From contig CAXXYH010000003.1 of assembly GCA_963677925.2 (NCBI GenBank), forward strand, positions 704,001 through 768,000: DNA of 64,000 nt, given 5' to 3'. Positions 28,383 to 37,871 of this stretch are shown here, one piece after another. Within the stretch, counting starts at the first letter, position 1, and each line of letters opens with the position of its first letter. The notes under the pieces were generated by a model that saw only the letters and a program-made list of their open reading frames with translations, was not told the origin of the DNA and did no database searches. The translations under genes were made by a program, and so were the position numbers. This DNA comes from Spirochaetia bacterium (GTDB taxonomy: Bacteria > Spirochaetota > Spirochaetia > UBA9216).

Positions 28383-29696
28383 TCAGTTTGTAGTTCTAAG
28401 TGCGTCGGCAGGCTGAAGCTTTGCGGCTTTGTTTGAAGGGAAAAAGGCCGCAAGCAGAGTCAATCCGCTTACTACAGCAAAATTAAACAGCACCTGCAGA
28501 GCCGATATTCTGAAGGTCATGTATCCGTTTCTCATAAGCATAAATGCCGGAGTTTCAACTCCCCAGTAAATCTGCATCAGAATAAACATAGTAACTCCGG
28601 CCAGAATCAGGCCTGACAAAACACCAATCACTGAAATGAAAAAGGCTTCGTAAAGAAAAAGTTTCCGCACTATGCCTCTCTGCATTCCAACCGCACGCAT
28701 TGTTCCTATCTCTTTGGTTCTCTCCATCAGAACCATCCTGAAAGTATTGGTAACTCCAACCATAATTATTGCAAAAAGAACAAGCAGTATAATTAAAGCC
28801 GCAGTATTCAGCACATTAACAATCTGCTGTACCTCTTTCATAATGTCATTCAGCGTCATAAGACGGAAACGCAGCCCGCTCCATTCGTCTTCCTCTTCCT
28901 GTTCAAGCATTGCAAGAATAGGATTCTCATCGTCATCGGTTGCCTCACGGTCGAACATGTTAACCCTTGTTTTCAGGTTATCATAAAGGGCAGCAGCGGA
29001 TGAATCGATCTGATCCATGCTCTGCAGGAAAATTCCCATAGTCATGTATTCATCCTGCTGCAGGTTTAGAAGCTCGTTAACATAGGAAATGTTAGCATAA
29101 GAAGTAGTTGATCCGAAAAGGTTGGTATCTATCATGATACCGGTAACCCTGAGCTCTCCCGCATTCTGCTGTCCGGTGTAGGTTTTACATTTTACAAGAA
29201 GACTGTCCCCGACCTGAACATTCAGTCTGTCGGCTACCTTTTCACTCAGGATAATTCCATGCCGGTCATTCTCAAGATCTTCAAAAGTTCCATCTTTAAG
29301 AATTATCCTTTCCTTAAAATATTCCTCAATTCCCCAGTCCGCTCCGGTGATGCTTTGGCGTATGTTATTGCCTTCAAAAATCAGTGTTGCATTTATATCA
29401 GATCGCTTGGTTATATACTGCCAGGGAACTTCTGCTTCATCTATTGCAGACATAAGTATATCGTCATTTCGGACGAGAAAGAGAGTCTTTCCCGATTCAG
29501 ATTTTTCAACACCCTCAATAAATATATGACCGGCAAGAATATTAGAGAAGTTCTCACTCACATTTTCTATAAAACTGCCTGTAAATCCATTTATCATGGT
29601 TATAATATATATTCCGAAAGCAATTGCAGCTGAAAGAAGAATTGTTCTTTTTTTCTGCCGGGTAAGGTTCCGGAGTGAAATTTTTATATCACGCAT
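28383..29696 (-). CDS. FtsX/LolE-like ABC permease
   Basis: 'ISLRNL.RQKKRT', 'ERTKEIGTMRAVG', 'PSNKAAKLQPADALR'. Confidence 0.88.
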   Translation of the reverse strand: MRDIKISLRNLTRQKKRTILLSAAIAFGIYIITMINGFTGSFIENVSENFSNILAGHIFIEGVEKSESGKTLFLVRNDDILMSAIDEAEVPWQYITKRSDINATLIFEGNNIRQSITGADWGIEEYFKERIILKDGTFEDLENDRHGIILSEKVADRLNVQVGDSLLVKCKTYTGQQNAGELRVTGIMIDTNLFGSTTSYANISYVNELLNLQQDEYMTMGIFLQSMDQIDSSAAALYDNLKTRVNMFDREATDDDENPILAMLEQEEEDEWSGLRFRLMTLNDIMKEVQQIVNVLNTAALIILLVLFAIIMVGVTNTFRMVLMERTKEIGTMRAVGMQRGIVRKLFLYEAFFISVIGVLSGLILAGVTMFILMQIYWGVETPAFMLMRNGYMTFRISALQVLFNFAVVSGLTLLAAFFPSNKAAKLQPADALRTTN

Positions 29697-29704
29697 AATT
29701 CCCC

Positions 29705-31216
29705 CTACTCACTCATCATAGCCTTGATTGGCTGAACTTTGAGAGCAAGTCTCAGCGGATAGATATTCGCAATCATGCCTATAAGCAGAATTATTATCCA
29801 TGACCCAAGCACTGAAAATACAGAGTATACCGGCTTAAGCACTGGTCCTGCAAAAAGTATTTCAAGGAAGGGATTTGTAGCTTCAAAGCCGATCAGTCCG
29901 ACTATCCATAAAACTATCACACCTGCAAGCATACCGATAAATCCGAAAATAACTGTTATTGTAATTACTTCTGCAGATATCATTCTGCGTATAAATCCCT
30001 TTCTTGCTCCCAGCGCCCGCATAGTACCAATCTCTGCAGTCCGTTCGACAACATTTATAACAAGTGTATTGGTCATTATGATTATGGCGACAACAGCTAC
30101 AAGTATAATTGCAACATTGAAGACAATCCGTATTACATCGGCTGTTGTCGAAAATGGTCCTGCGGCGGCCTTCCAGTCATAGGCTCTGGCATCTATACCT
30201 TCCTGAGAGAACCATAGATTCAGTTCAGCAATAGTCCTGGAAGCCGACGACGCTGTTCTTGTTTTAACGAGAATATATTCCCAGGTTGATGATTTATCTG
30301 AATCTTCAGGATCACTAAGCTCTGTTATTACAGACTCATCAGCAGTCTCTTCACCTGAATCAAGTTCGAGTATACTGAATAGATTATCTTCTGTCAGTTC
30401 AAAATCATTATCGGTCTCAAAGGTAATTTCATCTCCTGAAAAAACTGAATCAAAGCTGGATAGATCCAATAATGAGGTTTCATCTTCAGAAAGCTCTACT
30501 TCCCCCTGATTACCAAGATTCATCCCTTTAAGAACGCGAAGAGTCTGAGCATCTATATAGGAAATATATCCGGCAGCCTCGGAATCGAATTCAAGGCTGT
30601 ATATCCCGCGGATAGTAAGTTCTCGGATTTTAAATCCTGCCGATGCAGGGGATGTTATTATCAGCTTATCTCCGACACCCGTATCCATTTCAAATATTTC
30701 GTTAATTGTATCAAGATTGCTCTGTGATATTATCAGTCCCTCTTCACCCGGCTGGAGATAAGTTCCTTCTATTATAACGGCATTTGTGAAGATACGATGG
30801 TAGTCTTCAGGCTCTACTCCGAAAAGCAGACCCATGTAGGGGCCCTTATCTTCAGGGGCTCCTTCAATATTGATAATTCCGAAACCTGTTATCTGTGATG
30901 TGTAATCCTCTACTCCCGGTATCTCATCAAGATGCGATGTAATAAGATCGTATTCCGGAATTGTCGGTGTTTCTTCAAGACCTCCGGGAGACTGAACACC
31001 AAATAGCGAAATCTGGTTCTCAGTCACTCCGGTTATCATAATATTGCCGGTATAGTTGTCAATAAAACTGCGTTCTATTCCTGTCTGAATGGTATTGATC
31101 AGTGTATTTCCAATAACCAGGATCATCACCCCTACAGCCATAATAATACCAATAATAAGGCTCTTTGATCTGTGTTCCCTCAGGTTTCGAAGCGCTATTC
31201 TGAGAATTACGCCCAT
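29705..31216 (-). CDS. FtsX/LolC-like ABC permease
   Basis: 'IALRNLREHRSKS', 'ERTAEIGTMRALGA'. ATG at 31216 overlaps the ATPase stop. Confidence 0.88.
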   Translation of the reverse strand: MGVILRIALRNLREHRSKSLIIGIIMAVGVMILVIGNTLINTIQTGIERSFIDNYTGNIMITGVTENQISLFGVQSPGGLEETPTIPEYDLITSHLDEIPGVEDYTSQITGFGIINIEGAPEDKGPYMGLLFGVEPEDYHRIFTNAVIIEGTYLQPGEEGLIISQSNLDTINEIFEMDTGVGDKLIITSPASAGFKIRELTIRGIYSLEFDSEAAGYISYIDAQTLRVLKGMNLGNQGEVELSEDETSLLDLSSFDSVFSGDEITFETDNDFELTEDNLFSILELDSGEETADESVITELSDPEDSDKSSTWEYILVKTRTASSASRTIAELNLWFSQEGIDARAYDWKAAAGPFSTTADVIRIVFNVAIILVAVVAIIIMTNTLVINVVERTAEIGTMRALGARKGFIRRMISAEVITITVIFGFIGMLAGVIVLWIVGLIGFEATNPFLEILFAGPVLKPVYSVFSVLGSWIIILLIGMIANIYPLRLALKVQPIKAMMSE

Positions 31217-31935
31217 CAATCGGTCTCCCTGCATGCACGGCTGTCTTCCTGGCGGTAGTTCTCTGTAATCAGCCCGTCTCTAAGCCTGATAATATGATCG
31301 GCGACCTCAACAATTGACGGGTCATGTGTCGAAAAGATAAATGTAGTTCCAAGATCACGGTTTATCTTCTTCATAAGGGTGATGATAGCCTCGCTTGTAA
31401 CAGAATCAAGGTTGGCTGTAGGTTCATCTGCAAGGACAATTTCCGGTTTTGTTACCAGAGCCCGTGCAATAGCTACCCGCTGTCTCTGACCTCCTGACAA
31501 TTCATTCGGCTTATGGTTCCTCCATTCAGAAAGACCGACTTCTTCAATAAGCATATTTATCCAGTCGGCTTTTTCGGACTTCGAAATCTTTTCTTTCCCA
31601 AGCAGCATAGGAAACTCGATATTCTCATATACGTTCAGGACAGGAATCAGATTAAAACTCTGAAAGATAAATCCGAGAACCTGGTGTCTCAGCTTTGTAA
31701 TATCTGTATCTGAAAGGCCGCCGGTTTCAATACCGTTTATCATTACGCTGCCTTCAGTAGGAACATCTATACAACCAATCATGTTAAGGATTGTTGACTT
31801 CCCGGACCCCGAAGGTCCTGCAATTGATATAAAATCGCCGCGGCAAATTTCAAAACTGACTCCCTTTACGGCATGTACTTCTGTTTTTCCAAGCGGATAT
31901 ATTTTCTTCACATCCTTTAGTTCTACGATAGACAA
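31216..31935 (-). CDS. LolD/MacB-like ABC ATP-binding protein
   Basis: 'GPSGSGKST', 'LSGGQRQRVAIARAL', 'ADEPTANLD'. TTG start after AAGGAG. Confidence 0.92.
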   Translation of the reverse strand: MSIVELKDVKKIYPLGKTEVHAVKGVSFEICRGDFISIAGPSGSGKSTILNMIGCIDVPTEGSVMINGIETGGLSDTDITKLRHQVLGFIFQSFNLIPVLNVYENIEFPMLLGKEKISKSEKADWINMLIEEVGLSEWRNHKPNELSGGQRQRVAIARALVTKPEIVLADEPTANLDSVTSEAIITLMKKINRDLGTTFIFSTHDPSIVEVADHIIRLRDGLITENYRQEDSRACRETD

Positions 31936-32072
31936 TTAATACTCCTTACCACAGATTTATAGGCTTCAACACATATAATTTTAAGATAATAAGACTTAAA
32001 TCCCAAGTCTATTATTTAATACTAAACACAGTAAAAAGAGTAAAATATTCTTTTATATTGTTAAATATCTAT

Positions 32073-32108
32073 AAAAAAAGGCATCTTCAAGTGAAGATGC
32101 CTTTTTTT
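32073..32108. terminator. Rho-independent terminator after the sugar ABC operon (bidirectional shape)
   Basis: A7-GGCATCTTCA-AG-TGAAGATGCC-T7. Confidence 0.85.
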
Positions 32109-32127
32109 AAGGTTCAGCCTTCTTATA

Positions 32128-33132
32128 TCAGTAAGGAAGCTTAGGTTCCCATTCAGCGGCATTTGCTTTTGTAATGGGTGTACCAACAGAAAGCTGACTG
32201 TATGCAATTGACTCACCGTTCATCCAGGAGGCAATAACCTCATCAAGCTTGTTGATGATATCGGTACCTGTCTGGGTGACAGTAAGCTGAAGCCAGCCTT
32301 CTTCAAGCTGAGTCATACTGTTGATAAATGCCTCAAGTGAAACAACTGTTATTTCACCAGGTTTGTAACCTGCTTCCTTAATTGCCTGGATTCCACCGAG
32401 TGCGAACTCATCGGAAAGTGCAAATACAAAGTCTATGTTTTTGTTCGCAACAAGAAGAGCACTCATTTCTTCATAAGCATTGTCTCTTGAGGCCCCACAG
32501 TACTTAACTGCAAGCTGATTGTATCCGCTTCCTGCAAAGAAATCATTAACAGCAGCTTCACGTACGATGTAGTCATACTGTGCTTCCCAACCGGAAAGAA
32601 TTACATAGTTGGCACCTGATTTGAAGTTTTCCATAATATAATCGGCACCCGGCTTAACAAGACTGTTTTTCTGATCCGGACCTACATAGCAGTAAACATC
32701 TGACTGACCTTCTTCCTTAACATCTGAACTGAGTGTTATTACATCAATACCTGCATCAGCAAGATCCTGAACATAAGTAACTGCTGCACCTGAATCTACA
32801 GGAAACAGAACAACAAGATCTGCCATATCATCAGCTATTACTGAGGCAACCTGCTCAGTCTGAGTATTTACATCTCCGTTGCTGTCATATACTTCAAGTT
32901 CCCAGCCTTTTGCATCTGCAAGGTTCTGAAACTGAACAAGTATATCGATCGGATAAGGAGCTAAAGTTGTAGTTACAGCAATAAAAGAGACTGTAAACAC
33001 ACCATCCCCATTAACATCACCTGCAACATCAGAAGCTTTTCCTGAACCGTCTTCGCCCTGTCCGGAAGCAAATGCAGAGACTGCACCGAACATCATCATG
33101 GCAACCAAAAGAATCACTAGAAATCTTTTCAT
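32128..33132 (-). CDS. CUT2 (ribose-type) ABC solute-binding protein
   Basis: Signal 'MKRFLVILL...FASG', periplasmic binding protein I motifs 'VYDSNGD', 'YVGPD', 'DEFALG'. Confidence 0.85.
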   Translation of the reverse strand: MKRFLVILLVAMMMFGAVSAFASGQGEDGSGKASDVAGDVNGDGVFTVSFIAVTTTLAPYPIDILVQFQNLADAKGWELEVYDSNGDVNTQTEQVASVIADDMADLVVLFPVDSGAAVTYVQDLADAGIDVITLSSDVKEEGQSDVYCYVGPDQKNSLVKPGADYIMENFKSGANYVILSGWEAQYDYIVREAAVNDFFAGSGYNQLAVKYCGASRDNAYEEMSALLVANKNIDFVFALSDEFALGGIQAIKEAGYKPGEITVVSLEAFINSMTQLEEGWLQLTVTQTGTDIINKLDEVIASWMNGESIAYSQLSVGTPITKANAAEWEPKLPY

Positions 33133-33156
33133 TTATCCATCCTCCATAAGTATTTC

Positions 33157-34149
33157 TTATATTTTCCTGGCTTTCATACTGGTAGTAAACTTATCCAGTA
33201 TAAGAACCAGAATAACCACAATTCCTGTTATGAGGGCCTGCATCGCAGTACGCATTCCAAGCTTAGTCATAACATTGTTAATAATCTGAATAATAGCTAC
33301 ACCCATGATGCACATGGCCATGTTTCCCTTTCCGCCCTGCATCTTCACACCGCCGACAACTACAGAACAGATTGCGATGATATCCAGGTTGTCTCCCATA
33401 TTGTATGTAGATGCGTTCATTCTCATGGCAACAAGCATTGATGTCACAGCAGCCGAGAACCCGCCGATAGTAAAAGCTGTTCTTGTAAGGCGGTCATTGT
33501 TGATACCCGAGAAAAGGCCCGCTTCAGGATTACCTCCGACAACGTACATATTTGCACCGCTGCGTTTGTAGTGGAGGAAAAGTCCAAGCGCGACAAGGAA
33601 CAGAAGACAGATAATATGGGCCGGGGCGATATACCAGAAAAGTTTTCCGTTGTATATTCTGGAGAACTTTTCTCCAAAGAGAGTGATGTCAATCATCCTG
33701 CTGCCGTTATTCTTGTTCAGTATCAGCACAAAGCCCTTAAGAGTTGTCATGACAGCAAGTGTTCCAATAAGGGAGGGAATCCTCAGTCTGGTAACTATAG
33801 TTCCGTTCAGGTACCCTATAAGGCTTCCGAATATCAGTGTTATTATTACTGCTGGAAGAAATCCCAATGAATTGCATATAACAACGAACAAAGTTCCGTC
33901 TAAAGCAACCTGATATGCCAATGACAAATCAATGCCTCTAACAAGGAATATAAAGGTAAGTCCGATAGCAAGTATGCCGTATGTACTAATTGCCTGAGTA
34001 AGATTGAAAATATTTCCCGGTCTTGTAAATTTCGGGGATGCAGTAATTACAGCCGCAATAATTATGAGTATCAGAATATATGCACTGTTGTGCTCATCAA
34101 AAAACCGCGCGACAGGTGTCTGCCTGAGTTTTGCCAGTTTATTATTCAT
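33157..34149 (-). CDS. CUT2 ABC permease
   Basis: 'GIDLS', 'IGTL', 'VGGN.EA...SGI', 'VVVGG'. Confidence 0.9.
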   Translation of the reverse strand: MNNKLAKLRQTPVARFFDEHNSAYILILIIIAAVITASPKFTRPGNIFNLTQAISTYGILAIGLTFIFLVRGIDLSLAYQVALDGTLFVVICNSLGFLPAVIITLIFGSLIGYLNGTIVTRLRIPSLIGTLAVMTTLKGFVLILNKNNGSRMIDITLFGEKFSRIYNGKLFWYIAPAHIICLLFLVALGLFLHYKRSGANMYVVGGNPEAGLFSGINNDRLTRTAFTIGGFSAAVTSMLVAMRMNASTYNMGDNLDIIAICSVVVGGVKMQGGKGNMAMCIMGVAIIQIINNVMTKLGMRTAMQALITGIVVILVLILDKFTTSMKARKI

Positions 34150-35117
34150 TATTTCAAGCCTCCCGAACTCTTAACATCCGCCCACATGGCAACCAGAAGA
34201 ATTATGCCCTGAGTAATATAAGTTGCGTTTGAACCTAAGCCCATCATGGTAAAACCGTTGGATAGGATTCCTACGAAGAGAACTCCCAGAATAGTTCCTA
34301 TTACATTGCCCTTTCCGCCGGTAACACTGGTTCCTCCAAGAACAACCGCAGTCAGGACATCGAACTCAAGTCCAACGCCGGAATACGGCTGAACCGACAT
34401 TACCTTTGCATAAAACACCGTGCCTGCAACACCGGTGGCAAGACCTGCCAGCATGTATACTGCAAGTATTATAAATCCGGTACGTATACCTGAAGCTCTG
34501 GCGGCGATTCCATTGGCGCCAACCGCATAGACTTTCGTTCCGAAGGTGGTCCTTTTGAGTAGGAGCCAGAATGTAAGTGCAAAGAGGACGAAAATAAGAA
34601 TCGGAGTAGGAATGCCAAGTATCTGTCCCTGTCCGATGAATGCAAGTACTGAACTGGGTTCCTGTCCTGTTACAAATTCTCCATCGGAATACAGGGTTGT
34701 TACACCCTTAAAAACATACATCGTCCCCAATGTTCCAATGAAGGGATTAAGCTTTAAGCCGCCAATAAGAATACCGTTCACTGCGCCGCAGGCCATACCT
34801 GCAATCACCGCAAAAAATAGTGCTTCACCGAAATTAAATGAGTGATGACCGGCTATAACGGCGCAAAAGCCTATCATCCAGCCGAGAGATAAATCAATGT
34901 TCCCGGTTACCATTACCAGAGTTACTGCGCAGGACATTATGCCTACAACAGAAACCGAACGCAGCAGGTTCGTGATATTCTTTCCGGTAAAGAACTTCGG
35001 ACCGCTGAATGCAACTACTATCACAATGAAAACTATCATCATTGCAATAACACCGAGGTTATCCTTGCTGGAGACCCTCTTCCATAAACTACGCTGAGTT
35101 AACTTTAAATCACTCAT
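34149..35117 (-). CDS. CUT2 ABC permease
   Basis: 'TGNIDLS', 'PFIGTLG', 'YAVGAN..AARASGI', 'AVVLGGTSVTGGKG'. Confidence 0.9.
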   Translation of the reverse strand: MSDLKLTQRSLWKRVSSKDNLGVIAMMIVFIVIVVAFSGPKFFTGKNITNLLRSVSVVGIMSCAVTLVMVTGNIDLSLGWMIGFCAVIAGHHSFNFGEALFFAVIAGMACGAVNGILIGGLKLNPFIGTLGTMYVFKGVTTLYSDGEFVTGQEPSSVLAFIGQGQILGIPTPILIFVLFALTFWLLLKRTTFGTKVYAVGANGIAARASGIRTGFIILAVYMLAGLATGVAGTVFYAKVMSVQPYSGVGLEFDVLTAVVLGGTSVTGGKGNVIGTILGVLFVGILSNGFTMMGLGSNATYITQGIILLVAMWADVKSSGGLK

Positions 35118-35119
35118 AC

Positions 35120-36607
35120 CTACACCACTCCCAAAGCTGCTTCAAGAATTTCTTCACGGGAAGGGTTTCCGGACATTTTGAACTGAGCCGTTTCCTTACC
35201 TTCATGGATTGTTATTACTTTGTCGCTTAAGCCCATAATCTCTTCAATTTCTGATGAGACAATGATGACCGCAACCCCCTGCTCTGCAAGTTCACCAAGC
35301 AGTGTATAGATTTCAGCCTTGGAACCTATATCAATACCTCTGGTAGGTTCATCAATAATCAAAACCTTCGGGCCCATCATCAGCCACTTGGCAACAATTA
35401 CCTTCTGCTGATTTCCTCCGGATAAGTTTCCGGCAAGCTGGTTTGACGACGGAGTCTTTATACTGATACTCTTGATGAATTTTTCTGTAATTTCCCGTTG
35501 TTTCTTTCTGTTAATTACACCAAGAAAATTCAGATCTCTTAATTTAACAATTGTCATATTAAGCAGAATTGAAAGCTGAAGCATAAGACCGTCTTTTTTT
35601 CGGTCTTCGGTGGCAAATCCCATGCCGGCACTAATTGAAGCAGAAGGAGAACCCTTTCTGAGTTTTTTACCCTCAACATAAACTTCTCCGGAACTGTATT
35701 TATCAACACCGAATACGGCTCTCATTATCTCAGACCGGCCGGCACCAATCAGTCCGAAAAAACCTACGATTTCTCCGGCTCGCACATCAAAAGAAACCTC
35801 TTCGAAAAGATCTCCACTCGTCAGATTCCTTACTTCAAGAACCTCATCACCAATCGGCACTTTTTTCTTGTTGTACATATTTTCAAGATTCCGGCCTATC
35901 ATATATGCAACAAGCTGCTTTTCCGTAATATCATTTTTATTTACAGTAATAATATTCTCGCCGTCTCTTATTACTGTAATTCTATCCGCAAGATGCATTA
36001 CTTCATCAAGTTTGTGTGAGATATAGATGATGGCGATATTCTTTTCTTTCAGCATGAATATAAGCTTCATCAGAGTATCTGTTTCTGACTCCGACAATGA
36101 TGATGTAGGCTCATCCATAATTATACAGCGGGCATGTCTTGTTAACGCTCTTCCTATCTCAATCATCTGCTGCTGTCCAACAGAAAGACTTCCTGCATGA
36201 ATCTTTGGAGAAACATCAAGTCCTAGTTCTTCAAGGATTTCCCTGGATTTTGCATAAAGAGTTTTATAATCAATAATGGAACCTTTCATCGGAAGATTTC
36301 CTATAAAAAGGTTTTTAGCAACACTCTGTTCAGGAACAATGGACAGCTCCTGGTAAACACAGGAAACTCCTTTAGCTATTCCATCCTGTGTTGATCTGAA
36401 CAATGATTTCTCTCCATCAAGCAGGTACTCTCCTTCAGTAAGCGTATGAGCTCCAGTGATGACCTTAATCATTGTCGATTTACCGGCGCCGTTCTCTCCG
36501 CACAGTGCATGTATTTCACCGGGAAGCAGAGAGAAAGAAACATTGCTGAGGGCGGTAACTCCCGGAAATTTCTTTGTAATGTTCTGCAATTCAATAAAAG
36601 GTTGCAA
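35120..36607 (-). CDS. CUT2 ABC ATP-binding protein (RbsA-like, tandem NBD)
   Basis: 'GENGAGKST', 'MDEPTSSL', 'LSGGNQQKV', 'DEPTRGIDIG'. TTG start after GGAGG. Confidence 0.93.
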   Translation of the reverse strand: MQPFIELQNITKKFPGVTALSNVSFSLLPGEIHALCGENGAGKSTMIKVITGAHTLTEGEYLLDGEKSLFRSTQDGIAKGVSCVYQELSIVPEQSVAKNLFIGNLPMKGSIIDYKTLYAKSREILEELGLDVSPKIHAGSLSVGQQQMIEIGRALTRHARCIIMDEPTSSLSESETDTLMKLIFMLKEKNIAIIYISHKLDEVMHLADRITVIRDGENIITVNKNDITEKQLVAYMIGRNLENMYNKKKVPIGDEVLEVRNLTSGDLFEEVSFDVRAGEIVGFFGLIGAGRSEIMRAVFGVDKYSSGEVYVEGKKLRKGSPSASISAGMGFATEDRKKDGLMLQLSILLNMTIVKLRDLNFLGVINRKKQREITEKFIKSISIKTPSSNQLAGNLSGGNQQKVIVAKWLMMGPKVLIIDEPTRGIDIGSKAEIYTLLGELAEQGVAVIIVSSEIEEIMGLSDKVITIHEGKETAQFKMSGNPSREEILEAALGVV

Positions 36608-36656
36608 TAAACACCTCCAATTAAGCGATAAATAATGCTACCACCCTTCACTATTA

Positions 36657-36913
36657 CTGTCCAATGAGGTTTTCCTATCTTTCCATTACATTCAGTATAT
36701 GATAAAATTTATGAATATTGCTTTTATGCAATCATTAGTCTGAATTTTTAACTAAAACATCAGCTAAACGTAATTTCACAAAATTCTTTATTTTTTTTAG
36801 TTTTCTTTTTGGAATTTTTAATAATTATGCTTTCTGCAGATAAAAACAATATCTTTAAGGATCATTGATTTTTAAGTCTGTCCAATGTATTATAAACATA
36901 CTTCCATTACATT
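36657..36913. repeat. Two copies of a bipartite motif in the ABC/LysR divergent intergenic region
   Basis: CTGTCCAATG-N14-TTCCATTACATT at 36657-36692 and at 36878-36913. Confidence 0.7.
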
Positions 36914-36946
36914 GAAGCTATGTGACAACTTAGGAGGATTATTTTA

Positions 36947-37858
36947 ATGGAACTGACACAGCTGCAGTATTTCAAAACCGTCGCTAAATATGAACATATG
37001 ACTCAGGCTGCAATAGAATTAAATATATCTCAGCCTGCGCTCAGCCGAACTATTTCACGACTCGAAGATAATGTTGGAAAGAAGTTATTCAACAGAAACG
37101 GAAACAAGATAAGCCTTAATGAGAACGGCCGTATTTTTCTAAGAAGAGCGCAGATGGCCCTGCTTGAGATAGAAGAAGGTCTTAGAGAAGTAAAAGAGGC
37201 GGAGCAAAGCTCCAGCGGCACTGTGTCTTTCGCGATAACAGAATCCGGATTTATTTCCGCTCCCCTTGTAAATTTCATGATTGAAAATCCTCATATTCAT
37301 GTAAAACAGTATCTTCAGACAATTCCCGAAATGAAAGAGGGTCTGGAGAACGGCGATTTTGATTTTGCCATATCTTTTACCCCGATTGATTCGGATATGA
37401 TCGAATGGAAGCCTCTAGTAACAGAAGAGATTCTTGCTTTTGTTAATTTTCAGAATCCGCTTTCCAACCGTCACACAATCTCTCTAAGAGATCTTAAAAA
37501 TGAGAGATTTATTTTCAACAGCTCAAGTTTCAATGTAAGAGAAATAATATGCGATTACTGCCGCAGACTTGGTTTTGAACCTGATGTCTTTTATGAGGGA
37601 ATGGAAAATGAAGTTTCCGATAAACTGGTAGAAAATAATCTTGGAATTCTCTTTGTGCCATCCACTGCTTATATATTCCACTTCAGGGAATTTCCACCAC
37701 CAGAGGTTCTGGCAACCCCGCTCCACATAATTGAACCCGTCGGACAGAGAGTAATGGGTATTTCAATGAGGAAAAGCAGGTATATGACTAATTCAAGTAA
37801 AAGTTTTTATGAATATCTGATTAACTACTTTAAGAATGCAGGAGCAGGTTTAAATTAA
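36947..37858 (+). CDS. LysR family regulator
   Basis: 'QLQYFKTVA...MTQAAIELNISQPALSRTISRLE...LFNR'. AGGAGG RBS. Confidence 0.93.
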   Translation: MELTQLQYFKTVAKYEHMTQAAIELNISQPALSRTISRLEDNVGKKLFNRNGNKISLNENGRIFLRRAQMALLEIEEGLREVKEAEQSSSGTVSFAITESGFISAPLVNFMIENPHIHVKQYLQTIPEMKEGLENGDFDFAISFTPIDSDMIEWKPLVTEEILAFVNFQNPLSNRHTISLRDLKNERFIFNSSSFNVREIICDYCRRLGFEPDVFYEGMENEVSDKLVENNLGILFVPSTAYIFHFREFPPPEVLATPLHIIEPVGQRVMGISMRKSRYMTNSSKSFYEYLINYFKNAGAGLN

Positions 37859-37871
37859 TTACCCTGAACAT

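Noticed and set aside
33000-33022. GDVNGDG dockerin/EF-hand-like motif in the binding protein
   Set aside because: Single copy in the N-terminal linker with no second repeat; insufficient support.
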